This document shows positions 40,040 through 50,554 of a DNA stretch of 64,000 nt, in pieces; positions within the stretch are counted from its first letter, which is position 1, and every line of letters starts with the position of its first letter. Source of the DNA: Clostridium sp. (GTDB lineage Bacteria > Bacillota > Clostridia > Oscillospirales > Acutalibacteraceae); the NCBI RefSeq assembly GCF_032576335.1, contig NZ_JAWFXC010000013.1, forward strand, positions 1,032 to 65,031, written 5' to 3'. Below the pieces are notes generated by a model that had not been told where the DNA came from, did not search any database, and worked only from the letters and a program-made list of their open reading frames with translations. The position numbers and the translations under genes are program-made.

Positions 40040-40489
40040 TTATATAAAATGTTCTATGATGTACAAGGTTTGAGAGGATTCTACATAGTATAAGTACATT
40101 CTCGTACTGCCTTTTTTTACTGCCTTTATTCTGAGTGTTACACCGTCAAAGTCGGGAAGATATTTCTCCTCCACGGTGATTCCACTGGACAATATTTTGT
40201 ACACATCTTCCCTCTCTTCCTGGGAAACCGTGGTAACAGGTACCATTTCCGCAGGAAAATCTGGAGTCTTGTCATACTGAAACACATGGTAACGCTCGCC
40301 ATCCCCATGAATATTTGCTTCACTTTGCATTTCATACAGCTGTTTTGCATTTGTGGGCAACGAAATATTCCAATTTAGCCGAAAAACACGAAAATAATCC
40401 CTGCCGTAGTTTATATAAATCCCTACTCCGATAGACTCGACCAAAATAATTGCAAGTACGACGTACACGAGCCGATTTCTCTTCTTCAT
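40040..40489 (-). CDS. Hypothetical membrane-anchored protein
   Basis: GGAGG RBS, N-terminal TM, HGDGERYHVFQY segment. Confidence 0.75.
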   Translation of the reverse strand: MKKRNRLVYVVLAIILVESIGVGIYINYGRDYFRVFRLNWNISLPTNAKQLYEMQSEANIHGDGERYHVFQYDKTPDFPAEMVPVTTVSQEEREDVYKILSSGITVEEKYLPDFDGVTLRIKAVKKGSTRMYLYYVESSQTLYIIEHFI

Positions 40490-40659
40490 GCTTGCACCTC
40501 CAATTTTTTCTTACCGAAACTAATTTGAATGCAAAGTTTTACTTATTTGATTCTAAGTTTTTTATCCTCGATTGTAATAGTAATACGTTCTGCAATTATC
40601 CAAATTAGTATTATTCTAAGGATTGTTTCATACAATTTAAGTTTTTTTTGCCGCTTGAT

Positions 40660-41277
40660 TCATTTTTTAATTCTATTTAGCCTCTTCAACGCCTCTGCAT
40701 ATTCAATAAATCGGGGTGATCTTTCATCCATATCGCTTTGAGCTACCCCACGCCAGACACATAAATCATCGAGTATAGATTCCTCTACGTTCCAGGCGGA
40801 CATGTATTCCGTTTTCATCTCTACTTCCAGTATAGACTGGTCATCTATATCTGTAAGCTGCGCCGCAGCGTTTCGATTTTTCGCTTTCTTTACTTTCGGC
40901 TTTTGGGGTATTAGAAACGTGCGGAATTCAAGGTCTAGCTTTTCCTCCGGATATTTCAAAGCTCGAATGAACGAATCGCTTCTTCTGCGGTAATGCTGCT
41001 TTTCTTCCGGAGTAAGCTCTTTTTCTCTATCTTCCTGCAAAAGCTCCGGAAAATAACTCACAATCACATTTGCTTTTAATTCTCTCATTCGTGCTTTCGG
41101 TAATTCCGTAGGAACAGCATGATACGTTTCAACAAAGTAAGCAAGCATTTGTTCAAAGGTTCGCTCACTTGGCTTAACACTTTTTGCAACTTCGTTTAAG
41201 AAAGCTTCATGCTTTTTACGCATTTCTCCCGTTTGTACATAAACAAAGGTTGCGATTGGCCCATCTTCCTGATTCAT
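40660..41277 (-). CDS. Hypothetical protein
   Basis: 205-aa ORF with AAGGGAG RBS. Confidence 0.7.
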   Translation of the reverse strand: MNQEDGPIATFVYVQTGEMRKKHEAFLNEVAKSVKPSERTFEQMLAYFVETYHAVPTELPKARMRELKANVIVSYFPELLQEDREKELTPEEKQHYRRRSDSFIRALKYPEEKLDLEFRTFLIPQKPKVKKAKNRNAAAQLTDIDDQSILEVEMKTEYMSAWNVEESILDDLCVWRGVAQSDMDERSPRFIEYAEALKRLNRIKK

Positions 41278-41387
41278 CGTCAGCTCCCTTTCCTTAGTAA
41301 AATAATTGAAACATAAGATATAGTAAAACGGCTCCCCACAAAGTGGGGAGCACGATTTTTATAAAAGCATTTAACTATATAACTCGA

Positions 41388-43607
41388 TTACTCGCGGGGC
41401 TTATTGGTATTGGGGCGGAAGCCATTGCTGCCGCGGCGGTCGTCACGACGGTCATCTCTGCGGGGAGCAGGACGGCGAGGTGCGTCTGAAATCTCGTTTT
41501 CCGGTACAAGACCCTCAACTTCAATCAGGGCATCACGACGGGAAAGGTTCAAGCGACCCTTATCGTCAATCTCAAGTACCTTAACCATAACTTCATCGCC
41601 AACATTGACAACATCGGTCACTTTTTCGGTACGCTTCACATCGAGACGAGAGATATGAACAAGGCCTTCTTTACCGGGAGCAATCTCAACAAATGCGCCA
41701 AAGTCCATAATGCGAGTTACCTTACCATTGTAAATTGCACCGGCTTCCGGGTCATTTACGATGGTATCGATAATGGTCATCGCACGGCGGCAATTGTCAA
41801 TGTCAATGCCGGATACGAATACGTGGCCATCATCTTCAATGTCAATCTTAACACCGCACTCAGCGGAGATTTTCTGGATCACCTTTCCGCCAGAACCGAT
41901 AACCTCACGGATTTTCTCCGTAGGAATCACGGTAGACAGCATCTTCGGTGCATACTTCGAGAGTTCCTCACGCGGGGCGGGAATCTGCGGAAGCATGATA
42001 TCGTTGAGGATATAATCGCGAGCAGTGTGGGTTTTCTCCAAAGCTTCCTTTACCATCTCCGGAGTAAGACCATCGATTTTCAGGTCCATCTGAATAGCGG
42101 TAATACCCTCATGGGTACCGGCAACCTTAAAGTCCATATCGCCGAAGAAATCTTCGAGGCCCTGAATATCTACCATGGTCATCCAGCGGTCTCCCTCGGT
42201 AATCAAACCGCAGGAAATACCAGCAACCGGTGCCTTAATCGGCACACCGGCATCCATGAGAGCCAAGGTGCTGCCGCACACAGAGCCCTGAGAGGTGGAG
42301 CCATTGGAAGAAAGAACCTCAGAAACCAAGCGCAGCGCATAGGGGAACTCCTCAACGGGAGGAATCACCGGCAGCAAGGCGCGCTCTGCCAGAGCACCAT
42401 GACCAATTTCGCGGCGGCCGGGGCCACGGCTGGGTCTTGTTTCGCCAACGGAATAAGAGGGGAAGTTGTAGTGGTGCATATAGCGCTTGTACTGTTCCTC
42501 ATCGATGCCGTCCAAAAGCTGGCGGTCTGTAACCGGGCCAAGGGTAACAATGGTGAGCACCTGTGTTTGGCCACGTGTAAACATACCGGAGCCGTGTACG
42601 CGGGGCAGCAGGCCAACCTCAGCCGCAAGAGGACGAATCTCATCCATTCCACGACCATCCACACGCTTGCGCTCGTCGAGCAGCCAACGGCGAACCACAT
42701 ATTTTTGAGTTTTGTAGAGGCATTCGTCAATCTTAGCCGCACTGTCGGGGTAAATCTCGGCGAACTTCTCATGCACTTTTTCGTAGATGGGCTTGAGTCG
42801 AGCATCGCGTACTGTTTTATCATCCGTATCCAATGCAAGGCGAATGTCTTCAATGGCAAATTCCTTAATGGAATTGAGCATGTCCTCATCCGGCTCGTTG
42901 CTCGGGTAGCTGAACTTCTCTTTGCCGATTTCTGCCTTCATCTTGTTGATGAGCTCAATAATCTGCTGGTTGGCGGCATGACCCGCCATAATGCCATTAT
43001 ACATTACTTCGTCGCTTACCTGCTCTGCGCCCGCCTCAATCATGGCAATGCGGGAATCAGTAGAAGCAACGGTGACAGCCATCTTGGAGTTTTCTCTTTG
43101 CTCGGCAGTGGGGTTGATGACCAGCTCGCCATCCACATAACCAACCGAAACAGCAGAGATGGGGCCTCTCCACGGAATATCTGAAATGCTGATGGCAATG
43201 GAGGTACCTACCATGGCAACAATTTCAGGTGAGCAGTCGGGGTCTACCGACATAACGGTGCATACAACAGAAACGTCGTTGCGCATATCCTTGGGGAACA
43301 AGGGGCGAATGGGGCGGTCAATTACGCGAGAAGCCAATACAGCCTTCTCCGAAGGGCGACCTTCGCGCTTCATGAAAGAACCGGGGATTTTACCAACGGC
43401 GTAGAGCTTTTCCTCAAAATCAACAGAAAGCGGGAAAAAGTCGATACCGTCGCGGGGCTTGGCAGAAGCCGTTACTGCCACATGAACCACCGTTTCGCCG
43501 TAACGCACAAGGCACGCTCCATTAGCCAGCTGTGCCATTTTGCCGGTCTCAACCACCAGAGGGCGGCCTGCGAATTCGGTTTCGTATACCTTGAAATTCT
43601 CGAACAT
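41388..43607 (-). CDS. pnp: Polyribonucleotide nucleotidyltransferase
   Basis: RVIDRPIRPLFP, RREIGHGALAE and GDMDFKVAG motifs; KH and S1 domains. Confidence 0.98.
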   Translation of the reverse strand: MFENFKVYETEFAGRPLVVETGKMAQLANGACLVRYGETVVHVAVTASAKPRDGIDFFPLSVDFEEKLYAVGKIPGSFMKREGRPSEKAVLASRVIDRPIRPLFPKDMRNDVSVVCTVMSVDPDCSPEIVAMVGTSIAISISDIPWRGPISAVSVGYVDGELVINPTAEQRENSKMAVTVASTDSRIAMIEAGAEQVSDEVMYNGIMAGHAANQQIIELINKMKAEIGKEKFSYPSNEPDEDMLNSIKEFAIEDIRLALDTDDKTVRDARLKPIYEKVHEKFAEIYPDSAAKIDECLYKTQKYVVRRWLLDERKRVDGRGMDEIRPLAAEVGLLPRVHGSGMFTRGQTQVLTIVTLGPVTDRQLLDGIDEEQYKRYMHHYNFPSYSVGETRPSRGPGRREIGHGALAERALLPVIPPVEEFPYALRLVSEVLSSNGSTSQGSVCGSTLALMDAGVPIKAPVAGISCGLITEGDRWMTMVDIQGLEDFFGDMDFKVAGTHEGITAIQMDLKIDGLTPEMVKEALEKTHTARDYILNDIMLPQIPAPREELSKYAPKMLSTVIPTEKIREVIGSGGKVIQKISAECGVKIDIEDDGHVFVSGIDIDNCRRAMTIIDTIVNDPEAGAIYNGKVTRIMDFGAFVEIAPGKEGLVHISRLDVKRTEKVTDVVNVGDEVMVKVLEIDDKGRLNLSRRDALIEVEGLVPENEISDAPRRPAPRRDDRRDDRRGSNGFRPNTNKPRE

Positions 43608-43646
43608 CAAATAATCCTCCTTGTCACTTCAACTACATTATGCCCA

Positions 43647-43731
43647 GGAGGGAAGCAGGCTTAGCAATAAAACCAATTCCTACGCAAAAAATGTTGGGAA
43701 CTCGTTTCACTGCTAAAACCCGAAACCTCCC
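43647..43731 (-). promoter_or_regulatory. Long pnp 5'-leader hairpin
   Basis: GGAGG..TTAGCAGTGAAAC..GTTCC pairs with GGAAT..GTTTTATTGCTAA..CCTCC on the minus strand. Confidence 0.55.
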
Positions 43732-43764
43732 GTTTCTTAGTTAAGGTTTTGCGTAAATATGCCT

Positions 43765-43796
43765 AAAAGGCAGACGGCTAAAAAAGCCGTCTGCCC
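43765..43796 (-). terminator. Terminator after rpsO
   Basis: GGCAGACGGCT-ttttt-AGCCGTCTGCC followed by TTTT. Confidence 0.75.
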
Positions 43797-43810
43797 GAAA
43801 CAGCGTGCTA

Positions 43811-44074
43811 TTACTTACGAATGCCCAACTTCTCGATAATGACACGATAACGCACAATATCGGACTTTGTCAGGTACTTCAGCAAACTTCTTCTCTGGCC
43901 GACCATTTTCAACAAACCGCGGCGAGAGTGATGGTCTTTCTTATGAATCTTGAGGTGATCGGTCAAATCGTTGATTCTCTTAGTCAGAATCGCAATTTGA
44001 ACCTCGGCGGAGCCGGTATCTCCCTCGTGTAGAGCATACTGCTCAATAATCTGCTGTTTTTCTTCTTTTAACAT
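43811..44074 (-). CDS. rpsO: 30S ribosomal protein S15
   Basis: [13 protein letters not shown] and [16 protein letters not shown] motifs. Confidence 0.98.
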   Translation of the reverse strand: MLKEEKQQIIEQYALHEGDTGSAEVQIAILTKRINDLTDHLKIHKKDHHSRRGLLKMVGQRRSLLKYLTKSDIVRYRVIIEKLGIRK

Positions 44075-44114
44075 GTTTTTTTCCACCCTTCCGTGCGAGT
44101 TACGCACCTATTGT

Positions 44115-44183
44115 ACCCTCAAACCCAGCATAAGGCTGGTGAACTCCCCAAAGGGGCTTACTCCTTGTTCCGGGTAAGGGGCA
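44115..44183 (-). promoter_or_regulatory. Probable S15 autoregulatory mRNA leader
   Basis: Structured UTR (CCTTACCCGG..AAGG...CACCAGCCTT..CTGGGT.TGAGG) directly upstream of rpsO. Confidence 0.45.
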
Positions 44184-44197
44184 ATTTAACCTACTGA

Positions 44198-45139
44198 TTA
44201 TATCATAGCTTCCTGTGTTTGTAAATAGGGAGCAGCCAAGCTGCGGGCGGTCTGCGCATCCCGCAGAATCGCTTCGCGAAGCTGGTCTAAATTGTCAAAC
44301 TTCTGCTCTGGACGCAAAAAACAAACCAGCTCTACGGGTACGCGGCGACCGTATAAATCACCCGAAAAACCATCGATCATGGTTTCTGCTAAAACACCGT
44401 CTGAGCCAACTGTGGGGCGAATACCAATATTGGTAACACCAGCATACCGCTTTCCATTTACTGTTACCACAGAGGTATACACGCCAAACCGCGGTGCAAG
44501 GAACCCCGGAGGGAACGGCTGGTTGATGGTTGGTGCTCCAAGCTGCCTGCCAAGCTGGCGCCCATGCGCCACTGGGAAATCGATGGAATAAAAACGCCCC
44601 AAAAGACGAGCGGCTTCCGTCGCATCCCCTAAAAGCAGTGCCTTGCGAATACGCGTTGAGCTAACTGGCTCACCGTCTACCGTAAGTGCAGGCACAACCG
44701 AAACTTCTATGCCAAACTCCGCGCAAATCTCTCGCAGCTCATTACTGCCAGCTGTACCGCCACAGCCAAAATGAAAATTAAAGCCACAGCTTACCTCTTT
44801 TGCGCGCAGGGTATGATGCAATATTTTTTCTACGAAATCGTGAGGAGAAAGCAACCTTACCTCTTCAAACCGAGGCATGTACACCCGGCGAACGCCTAAG
44901 CCCTCTAACACACGCATCTTGCTCTCGCACGAGGTCAGGCGCAAATCGCCCTCCCCTTTTAGCAGCTCCTGCGGGCTGGCGTCAAAGGTAAAAACCGTTG
45001 GCACAAGCTTACGAGCTGTAAATGTGACGCACGAAATCACTCTTCTGTGGCCTAGGTGAACTCCGTCAAAAGCGCCCATCGCCACTGCACTTTCTGAAGG
45101 TGCTATCTGTTTCAAATCATGGAACACCTGTAATCTCAA
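44198..45139 (-). CDS. ribF: Bifunctional riboflavin kinase/FAD synthetase
   Basis: GAFDGVHLGH, SSTRIR, GRQLGAPTIN, NIGIRPT and LRPEQKF motifs; TTG start after AGGAGG. Confidence 0.96.
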   Translation of the reverse strand: MRLQVFHDLKQIAPSESAVAMGAFDGVHLGHRRVISCVTFTARKLVPTVFTFDASPQELLKGEGDLRLTSCESKMRVLEGLGVRRVYMPRFEEVRLLSPHDFVEKILHHTLRAKEVSCGFNFHFGCGGTAGSNELREICAEFGIEVSVVPALTVDGEPVSSTRIRKALLLGDATEAARLLGRFYSIDFPVAHGRQLGRQLGAPTINQPFPPGFLAPRFGVYTSVVTVNGKRYAGVTNIGIRPTVGSDGVLAETMIDGFSGDLYGRRVPVELVCFLRPEQKFDNLDQLREAILRDAQTARSLAAPYLQTQEAMI

Positions 45140-45204
45140 ACAAAAACCTCCTGACCAGCGCAATCATACCGTTTTTACATGGGAAACCGGCGCCATTCGG
45201 TTTT

Positions 45205-46119
45205 TTATTCTCCTGCTCTACTGCAAAACAGTCGCAGCACGGCAAGCTCCTGCGTTTCCTCATTTGCCTGACCCAGCCCTAAAAACTCCCCTGCCGGAGA
45301 ATACACTCTTAAGCGTGCTTGCGGTGCCAACGGGCTGCTGAGCCGCAAACGCTCTAGCGCAAGCGCTCCGCCGTTTTGAAAGCGTACGCTCTGCGCAGCA
45401 GTTACGGAAACCTGCGGTAAATGATGAAACAAACTTTCTACCGACAAAATTTTGCCGCTAAGCTGGTTATCTTCCGCTAAAGAGCGAGCCTCTTCAAGCG
45501 GCAAAGCCTGCTCGAGAGAAAAGCCACAGGCACGAGTACGACGCAGTGACATCATAATACCTAGGCTACCCAAAGCTTGTCCCAAATCTGCACAAAGTGT
45601 GCGGATATACGTTCCCTTTGAGCACTCAATCAGCAGGCTGCCCTGCCGTTCATGCTCATTGTATTCCAAAAGCTCCAGCCGGTATATTGTTACCGGGCGG
45701 GACTCACGTTCCACTTCAATCCCTTGCCTTGCCAGCTCATAAAGATGCTTGCCATCTTTTCGCACTGCCGAATACATGGGCGGTGTTTGCATAATCTCCC
45801 CCCGAAACTGGGGAAGAACGGCTTCCAACTGCGCACGGCTTACCGGTGTATCGCTTTGGCGAAGCACCTTGCCGGTATTGTCCTGCGTATCCGTTTCCAC
45901 TCCAAAACGAAACTCCGCGCAGTACACCTTATCGGAATCCTCCAGCAAAGAAGCAGCACGGGTTGCTTTTCCCAAAAGCAGGGGTAAAACACCTGTTGCC
46001 ATTGGGTCGAGCGTACCGGTATGGCCAATCTTTTTCTCCCTGCAAATGCGGCGCGCCACCGCAACCACGTCGAACGAGGTAAAATCGCAGGGTTTGTCAA
46101 TTATTAGGACTCCGTCCAT
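45205..46119 (-). CDS. truB: tRNA pseudouridine(55) synthase
   Basis: KIGHTGTLDPMATGVL, PPMYSA and CSKGTYIRTL motifs. Confidence 0.97.
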   Translation of the reverse strand: MDGVLIIDKPCDFTSFDVVAVARRICREKKIGHTGTLDPMATGVLPLLLGKATRAASLLEDSDKVYCAEFRFGVETDTQDNTGKVLRQSDTPVSRAQLEAVLPQFRGEIMQTPPMYSAVRKDGKHLYELARQGIEVERESRPVTIYRLELLEYNEHERQGSLLIECSKGTYIRTLCADLGQALGSLGIMMSLRRTRACGFSLEQALPLEEARSLAEDNQLSGKILSVESLFHHLPQVSVTAAQSVRFQNGGALALERLRLSSPLAPQARLRVYSPAGEFLGLGQANEETQELAVLRLFCSRAGE

Positions 46120-46129
46120 CGGGGTCACC

Positions 46130-46931
46130 TCACATTGTTTCGAGAACCTTACCAATTACAGTTAGAATCTTTTCACGGGCTGGCTCAAAGTCTTCTTCAA
46201 TGGTACAGCCTGCCGCCGCAATATGGCCGCCGCCGCCAAACTCTGCACATATTTTTGCCGCATTTACCTGTGGCAATGTACGCAGAGAAACTTTATAGCC
46301 GCCTATTTTGCGCTCCCGCATGGTAACACCCACCAAAACGCCCTCGATTTGGCGAGGAATTGCCGAAAGGCCATCCAAATCGCCTTCATCAGCTCCGGAG
46401 GTTTCAATCATATCACGGCTAATGCGCATAACTGCACAGCGTGAATCAAAATAAAACTCAATCGAATCCAGTACACTGCGCTCCATTTCAAGGCGAGCAC
46501 GCGTTTTGGTCTCGAACATCTCTCGGTTAATGTCTGCGGCATTGATTCCAGTACGAATGACTTGAGCGGCAATTTCATGCGTGCGAGCCGTTACATTGGT
46601 ATAGCGGAAGCAACCAGTATCCGTTGTGATTCCGGTATAAATCGCCCGTGCAATCACTTGATCCGGCACCAAGCAGCTTAATATCTGCCACATCCACACT
46701 TACCACAAATTTGGCGGGAAATTCCTGCTTCTCAATCTCTTCGAATAAGAAACTGTATTTTTCTGAAACGGGGTCAGCACAGGTACAACGGGCACGCTTG
46801 CCAAGAAGGTGCAGTGCATGGCAAAGCGCCGCCGCACAGCCCAGCGTGTCTCCATCTGGGAAATGATGGCTTAATATTTCAATGTCCTGCGCATCGCGCA
46901 GGAGAGAAACCGCGCGATCAAGATCAATCAT
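46130..46931 (-). pseudogene. nrnA: DHH/DHHA1 oligoribonuclease (NrnA), frameshifted and missing the DHH motif
   Basis: N-terminal half (SHHFPDGDTLG...VDVAD) and C-terminal half (YTGITTDTGCF...GGGHIAAAG) are in different frames joined near 46665; no DHH segment. Confidence 0.8.
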
Positions 46932-47301
46932 CGTGCTCCTCCCCGTTTTCTGCTGCACCGTCTTTCCAATCCATCAAAAGCTTATTGATACTTGCGCCAT
47001 ACTCAATCGAATCCGTAGCACGGAACAAGAGTGCAGGCACATGGCGAATCTTGAGGCGAAGCCCCAGCTCACGGCGAATATAGCCGCCAGCCGATTTTAG
47101 CCCTTCTACCGCAATTTTCGCTTTCTCCATTCCTTCCATTGCACTGATAAAAACAGTGCAGTAAGAAAGGTCGTTCGTTACATCCACACGCACAATGCTA
47201 ATAAGGCCGCCCTGAACACGAGGGTCCTTCAGCTCACGGAAAATTGCCGTGAGCTCGCGGTGAATATCTTCTGTAATACGTTCTATTTTATGGCTCGGCA
47301 T
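46924..47301 (-). CDS. rbfA: Ribosome-binding factor A
   Basis: LKDPRV, VDVTNDLS and RHVPALLF..DSIEYG motifs; follows infB. Confidence 0.96.
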   Translation of the reverse strand: MPSHKIERITEDIHRELTAIFRELKDPRVQGGLISIVRVDVTNDLSYCTVFISAMEGMEKAKIAVEGLKSAGGYIRRELGLRLKIRHVPALLFRATDSIEYGASINKLLMDWKDGAAENGEEHDD

Positions 47302-47304
47302 TCC

Positions 47305-49848
47305 TTAATCCTCCCGGTATTCCTCCATAACAAAAGCTTCCAGAATGTCGCCTTCCTTTACATCGTTGAAGCGATCCAAACCGATACCGCAGTCGTAGCC
47401 CTCTGCCACTTCCTTAACGTCGTCTTTAAAGCGGCGCAGAGAGGCTATCTTATCCTCGGTAATCACGATTCCGTCACGCACCACGCGAACCTGGGCGTTT
47501 CTGATCAGTTTGCCGGATGTAATATGAGCGCCAATAATGATGCCCACATTGGTAATTTTGTAAATCTCACGTGCCTCTGCCTTGCCGAGAGCAATCTCGC
47601 GGAATTTCGGAGCAAGCATGCCCTTCATTGCAGATTCAATCTCGTCGATGCAGTCATAAATAATGCGGTACAGTCGCATATCCACGCCGTCACGCTTTGC
47701 GTTTTCTTCGGCAATGGGATCGGGGCGAACGTTAAAGCCGACAATAATGGCGTTCGAAGCATTTGCAAGCATTACGTCGGATTCGCTAATGGCACCAACA
47801 CCACCATGAATTACGGCTACGCGAACTTCTTCGTTCGTGAGCTTCTCCAGAGACTGGCGAACCGCCTCCACAGAGCCCTGCACGTCTGCCTTCACAATGA
47901 CTTGAAGAGTCTTCATTTCACCCTGCTGCATTTGGTCAAACAGGTTGTCGAGCGTGACCTTCGTCTGCGCACGGAACTGCTCTTCCTTCTGCTCATTGTA
48001 GCGCTGTTCAACCAGCTCACGAGCCAAGCGCTCATCCGATACTGCGTTGAGTGTATCGCCACCTGAGGGAACTTCTCCAAGACCGGTGATTTCGACCGGC
48101 ATAGAGGGTCCCGCTTCCTGCACACGGTTACCACGGTCATCCATCATCGCACGTACACGGCCAACGCTGGAGCCAGCCACAACAATATCGCCCACATGCA
48201 GGGTGCCGTTCTGCACCAGCACAGTTGCGATGGGGCCGCGGCCCTTATCCAAACGAGCCTCAATAACCGTACCCTTTGCAGCACGCTCAGGGTTCGCACG
48301 AAGCTCCTTCATGTCGGCAACCAGCTGAATCATCTCTAACAAATCATCGATGCCCTGCTGTGTTTTGGCAGAAACCGGGATGCACGGCGTATCGCCGCCC
48401 CATTCTTCCGCAACAAGGCCATACTCTGTAAGCTGTTGCTTCACATGGTCGGGGTTTGCAGCGGGCTTATCCATTTTGTTAACCGCTACGATGATAGAAA
48501 CGCCCGCAGCCTTTGCGTGGTTGATTGCCTCAACCGTCTGGGGCATAACGCCGTCATCGGCAGCAACAACCAAAACTGCAATATCGGTTACCTGTGCACC
48601 ACGAGCACGCATGGTGGTAAACGCTGCGTGACCAGGGGTATCGAGGAAGGTAATGGGGCGATCCTGCACCTCAACGCGGTAGGCGCCAATGTGCTGGGTA
48701 ATGCCGCCTGCTTCGGAAGAAGTTACCTTCGCATTGCGAATGGCGTCAAGCAATGAGGTTTTACCGTGATCAACGTGACCCATAACAACTACAACAGGTG
48801 CACGGGCAATCAGGTTGTCATCCTCATCTTCACTGTCGTCAATAATCTGCTCTTCAATGGTTACAACAACCTCTTTTTCTACCTTTGCATGGAACTCCAT
48901 CGCAACAAGAGAGGCGGTATCGTAATCAATGGTATCATTTACAGTAGCGAACACACCCATCGCCATCAGTTTTTTGATGACTTCTGCTGCGGTTGCCTTC
49001 AGGCGAAGTGCAAACTCGCTGACGGTGAGTTCCTCTGGAATGGTAATCGTCATTTGCTTTTGCTTGCGCTCCTGTGCAATACGGCGCAAACGCTCGCCCT
49101 CGGTCTCACGGCGTGCGTTTCTGGGCTTGCCGCGGTACTGTGAGCTACGCTGTGTGAGCTTTTGCTTTTTCACAACGTTGTCTGTCTTCACTTTTTCAGA
49201 AGCCATACGGTCATACTTTTCATTATAGCGGTCGAGCTCTACATTAGAGGTACGAGTGTCTACAATACGACCCTGGGGCTTTCTTACCACATTGGAATCA
49301 GCGGAAGAGGAAGCAGGAGCATGGCCTTGATGCGGCTGTGCATTCTGGCCGTGGTGCTGATTCTGCTGGGGACGATTCTGCTGGTTCTGCTGCTGAGCAG
49401 GGCGCTGCTGGCTCTGCTGCGGGCGGTTTTGACCCTGTTGCTGACCCTGAGGGGCAGTTGGTTTGGGGCCTACCGGTGTAATTTTACCCGGCTTTACGGC
49501 CTTGCGCACGGGCGGCTGCTGCTGTGCCGGTTGTGCAGCCGGTTGTGCGGGCTGCGCAGGCTGTGCCACTACCGGTACCGGTTGCGCGGGTGCCGCCGCT
49601 GCGGGCTGTACTGCCTCTGCGGCAGGCTGCTGCGGTGCGCTCTGCGCATTATCTGCAAAATAGGCGTCCAAAGAGCCTGTGCTTTTCTGCTGGGTAATGG
49701 ATTCAAACACCATATCTAGCTCTTTCTCGGTTAACGCAGTCATATGTTTTTTGGTTTCATCGCAATACTTTTGAATAATATCTAATACAACCTTATTCGG
49801 TACGTTAAGATCTTTCGCTACTTCATGCACCCTGTATTTCATCATCAT
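47305..49848 (-). CDS. infB: Translation initiation factor IF-2
   Basis: [21 protein letters not shown] and KADVQGS motifs. Confidence 0.98.
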   Translation of the reverse strand: MMMKYRVHEVAKDLNVPNKVVLDIIQKYCDETKKHMTALTEKELDMVFESITQQKSTGSLDAYFADNAQSAPQQPAAEAVQPAAAAPAQPVPVVAQPAQPAQPAAQPAQQQPPVRKAVKPGKITPVGPKPTAPQGQQQGQNRPQQSQQRPAQQQNQQNRPQQNQHHGQNAQPHQGHAPASSSADSNVVRKPQGRIVDTRTSNVELDRYNEKYDRMASEKVKTDNVVKKQKLTQRSSQYRGKPRNARRETEGERLRRIAQERKQKQMTITIPEELTVSEFALRLKATAAEVIKKLMAMGVFATVNDTIDYDTASLVAMEFHAKVEKEVVVTIEEQIIDDSEDEDDNLIARAPVVVVMGHVDHGKTSLLDAIRNAKVTSSEAGGITQHIGAYRVEVQDRPITFLDTPGHAAFTTMRARGAQVTDIAVLVVAADDGVMPQTVEAINHAKAAGVSIIVAVNKMDKPAANPDHVKQQLTEYGLVAEEWGGDTPCIPVSAKTQQGIDDLLEMIQLVADMKELRANPERAAKGTVIEARLDKGRGPIATVLVQNGTLHVGDIVVAGSSVGRVRAMMDDRGNRVQEAGPSMPVEITGLGEVPSGGDTLNAVSDERLARELVEQRYNEQKEEQFRAQTKVTLDNLFDQMQQGEMKTLQVIVKADVQGSVEAVRQSLEKLTNEEVRVAVIHGGVGAISESDVMLANASNAIIVGFNVRPDPIAEENAKRDGVDMRLYRIIYDCIDEIESAMKGMLAPKFREIALGKAEAREIYKITNVGIIIGAHITSGKLIRNAQVRVVRDGIVITEDKIASLRRFKDDVKEVAEGYDCGIGLDRFNDVKEGDILEAFVMEEYRED

Positions 49849-49852
49849 TAAC

Positions 49853-50176
49853 TCATCCCTCCCGTTTGTCTGCCGCCTCATTGGCCAGCTCCGTCAACCT
49901 CTTAGCGAATCCCTGATCGTTTACTGCAATCACACCGATTTTTTTGCCAATTGCCATACCGATTTCATCCATGCCATCTGCAAGTACAAGGCAAGGCACC
50001 TCAGCCTGCTGAGCCGCCTTTTGCGCATGGGTGGCAGTGCGCGCAGAAACATCCTGCGCTAATACGATCAGTTTTGCTTCTCTCTTCTTCAAGGCTTCGT
50101 CTACGGCATCATGACCCAAACTGAGCCGGCCCGCGCGCCGGGCGATACCTAAAAGAGAGAGAACCCGATTTGTCAT
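49853..50176 (-). CDS. L7Ae/L30e-family protein (YlxQ-like)
   Basis: LLGIARRAG and EIGMAIGK motifs; position in the nusA-infB operon. Confidence 0.9.
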   Translation of the reverse strand: MTNRVLSLLGIARRAGRLSLGHDAVDEALKKREAKLIVLAQDVSARTATHAQKAAQQAEVPCLVLADGMDEIGMAIGKKIGVIAVNDQGFAKRLTELANEAADKREG

Positions 50177-50469
50177 TTTCCGATCTCCTCCTCCAGGCGG
50201 TCGTACACCTCCGGCGGTATAGCGCAGGAAAATACCCGCTCAAACCGCTTGGACTTACGCGCCGCTCTCAGACAATTTATATCCTTACATACATAAGCAC
50301 CGCGCCCGGGTTTACGGCCGATTAAATCCAGCGAAATTTCCCCTGGCCCAGTGACCTGCCCAGAATCATCTTTCACATCCGGGGCTTTAACCACTCGTAC
50401 CAGCTCTTTTTTCGGTTTCATTTCTCCGCAGCCTGCGCACATACGCAGGGGCACGCGCTTTTGCATCAT
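50173..50469 (-). CDS. ylxR: YlxR/RnpM (DUF448) RNA-binding protein
   Basis: PLRMCAGC, KKELVRVV and GRGAYVC motifs. Confidence 0.93.
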   Translation of the reverse strand: MMQKRVPLRMCAGCGEMKPKKELVRVVKAPDVKDDSGQVTGPGEISLDLIGRKPGRGAYVCKDINCLRAARKSKRFERVFSCAIPPEVYDRLEEEIGK

Positions 50470-50554
50470 ACTACACTTACTCCTTCCCGCGCAGTTGCGC
50501 GGCTTCTCTCCCTGTTTACATGGGATGGGAGGCTCCCCGGCCGATTGCCTTATG

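Noticed and set aside
41655..43184. 509-aa plus-strand ORF and similar long antisense ORFs (6296-7141, 14186-15232, 47260-48066, 50672-51550)
   Set aside because: They are shadows of strongly codon-biased genes (pnp, ilvC, SBP, infB, nusA) on the other strand, with no RBS or recognisable motifs.
49300..49660. Q/P/A-rich repeats (CAGCAG, GCACAGCC) in infB
   Set aside because: In-frame low-complexity linker typical of IF-2 N-termini; not a repeat element.
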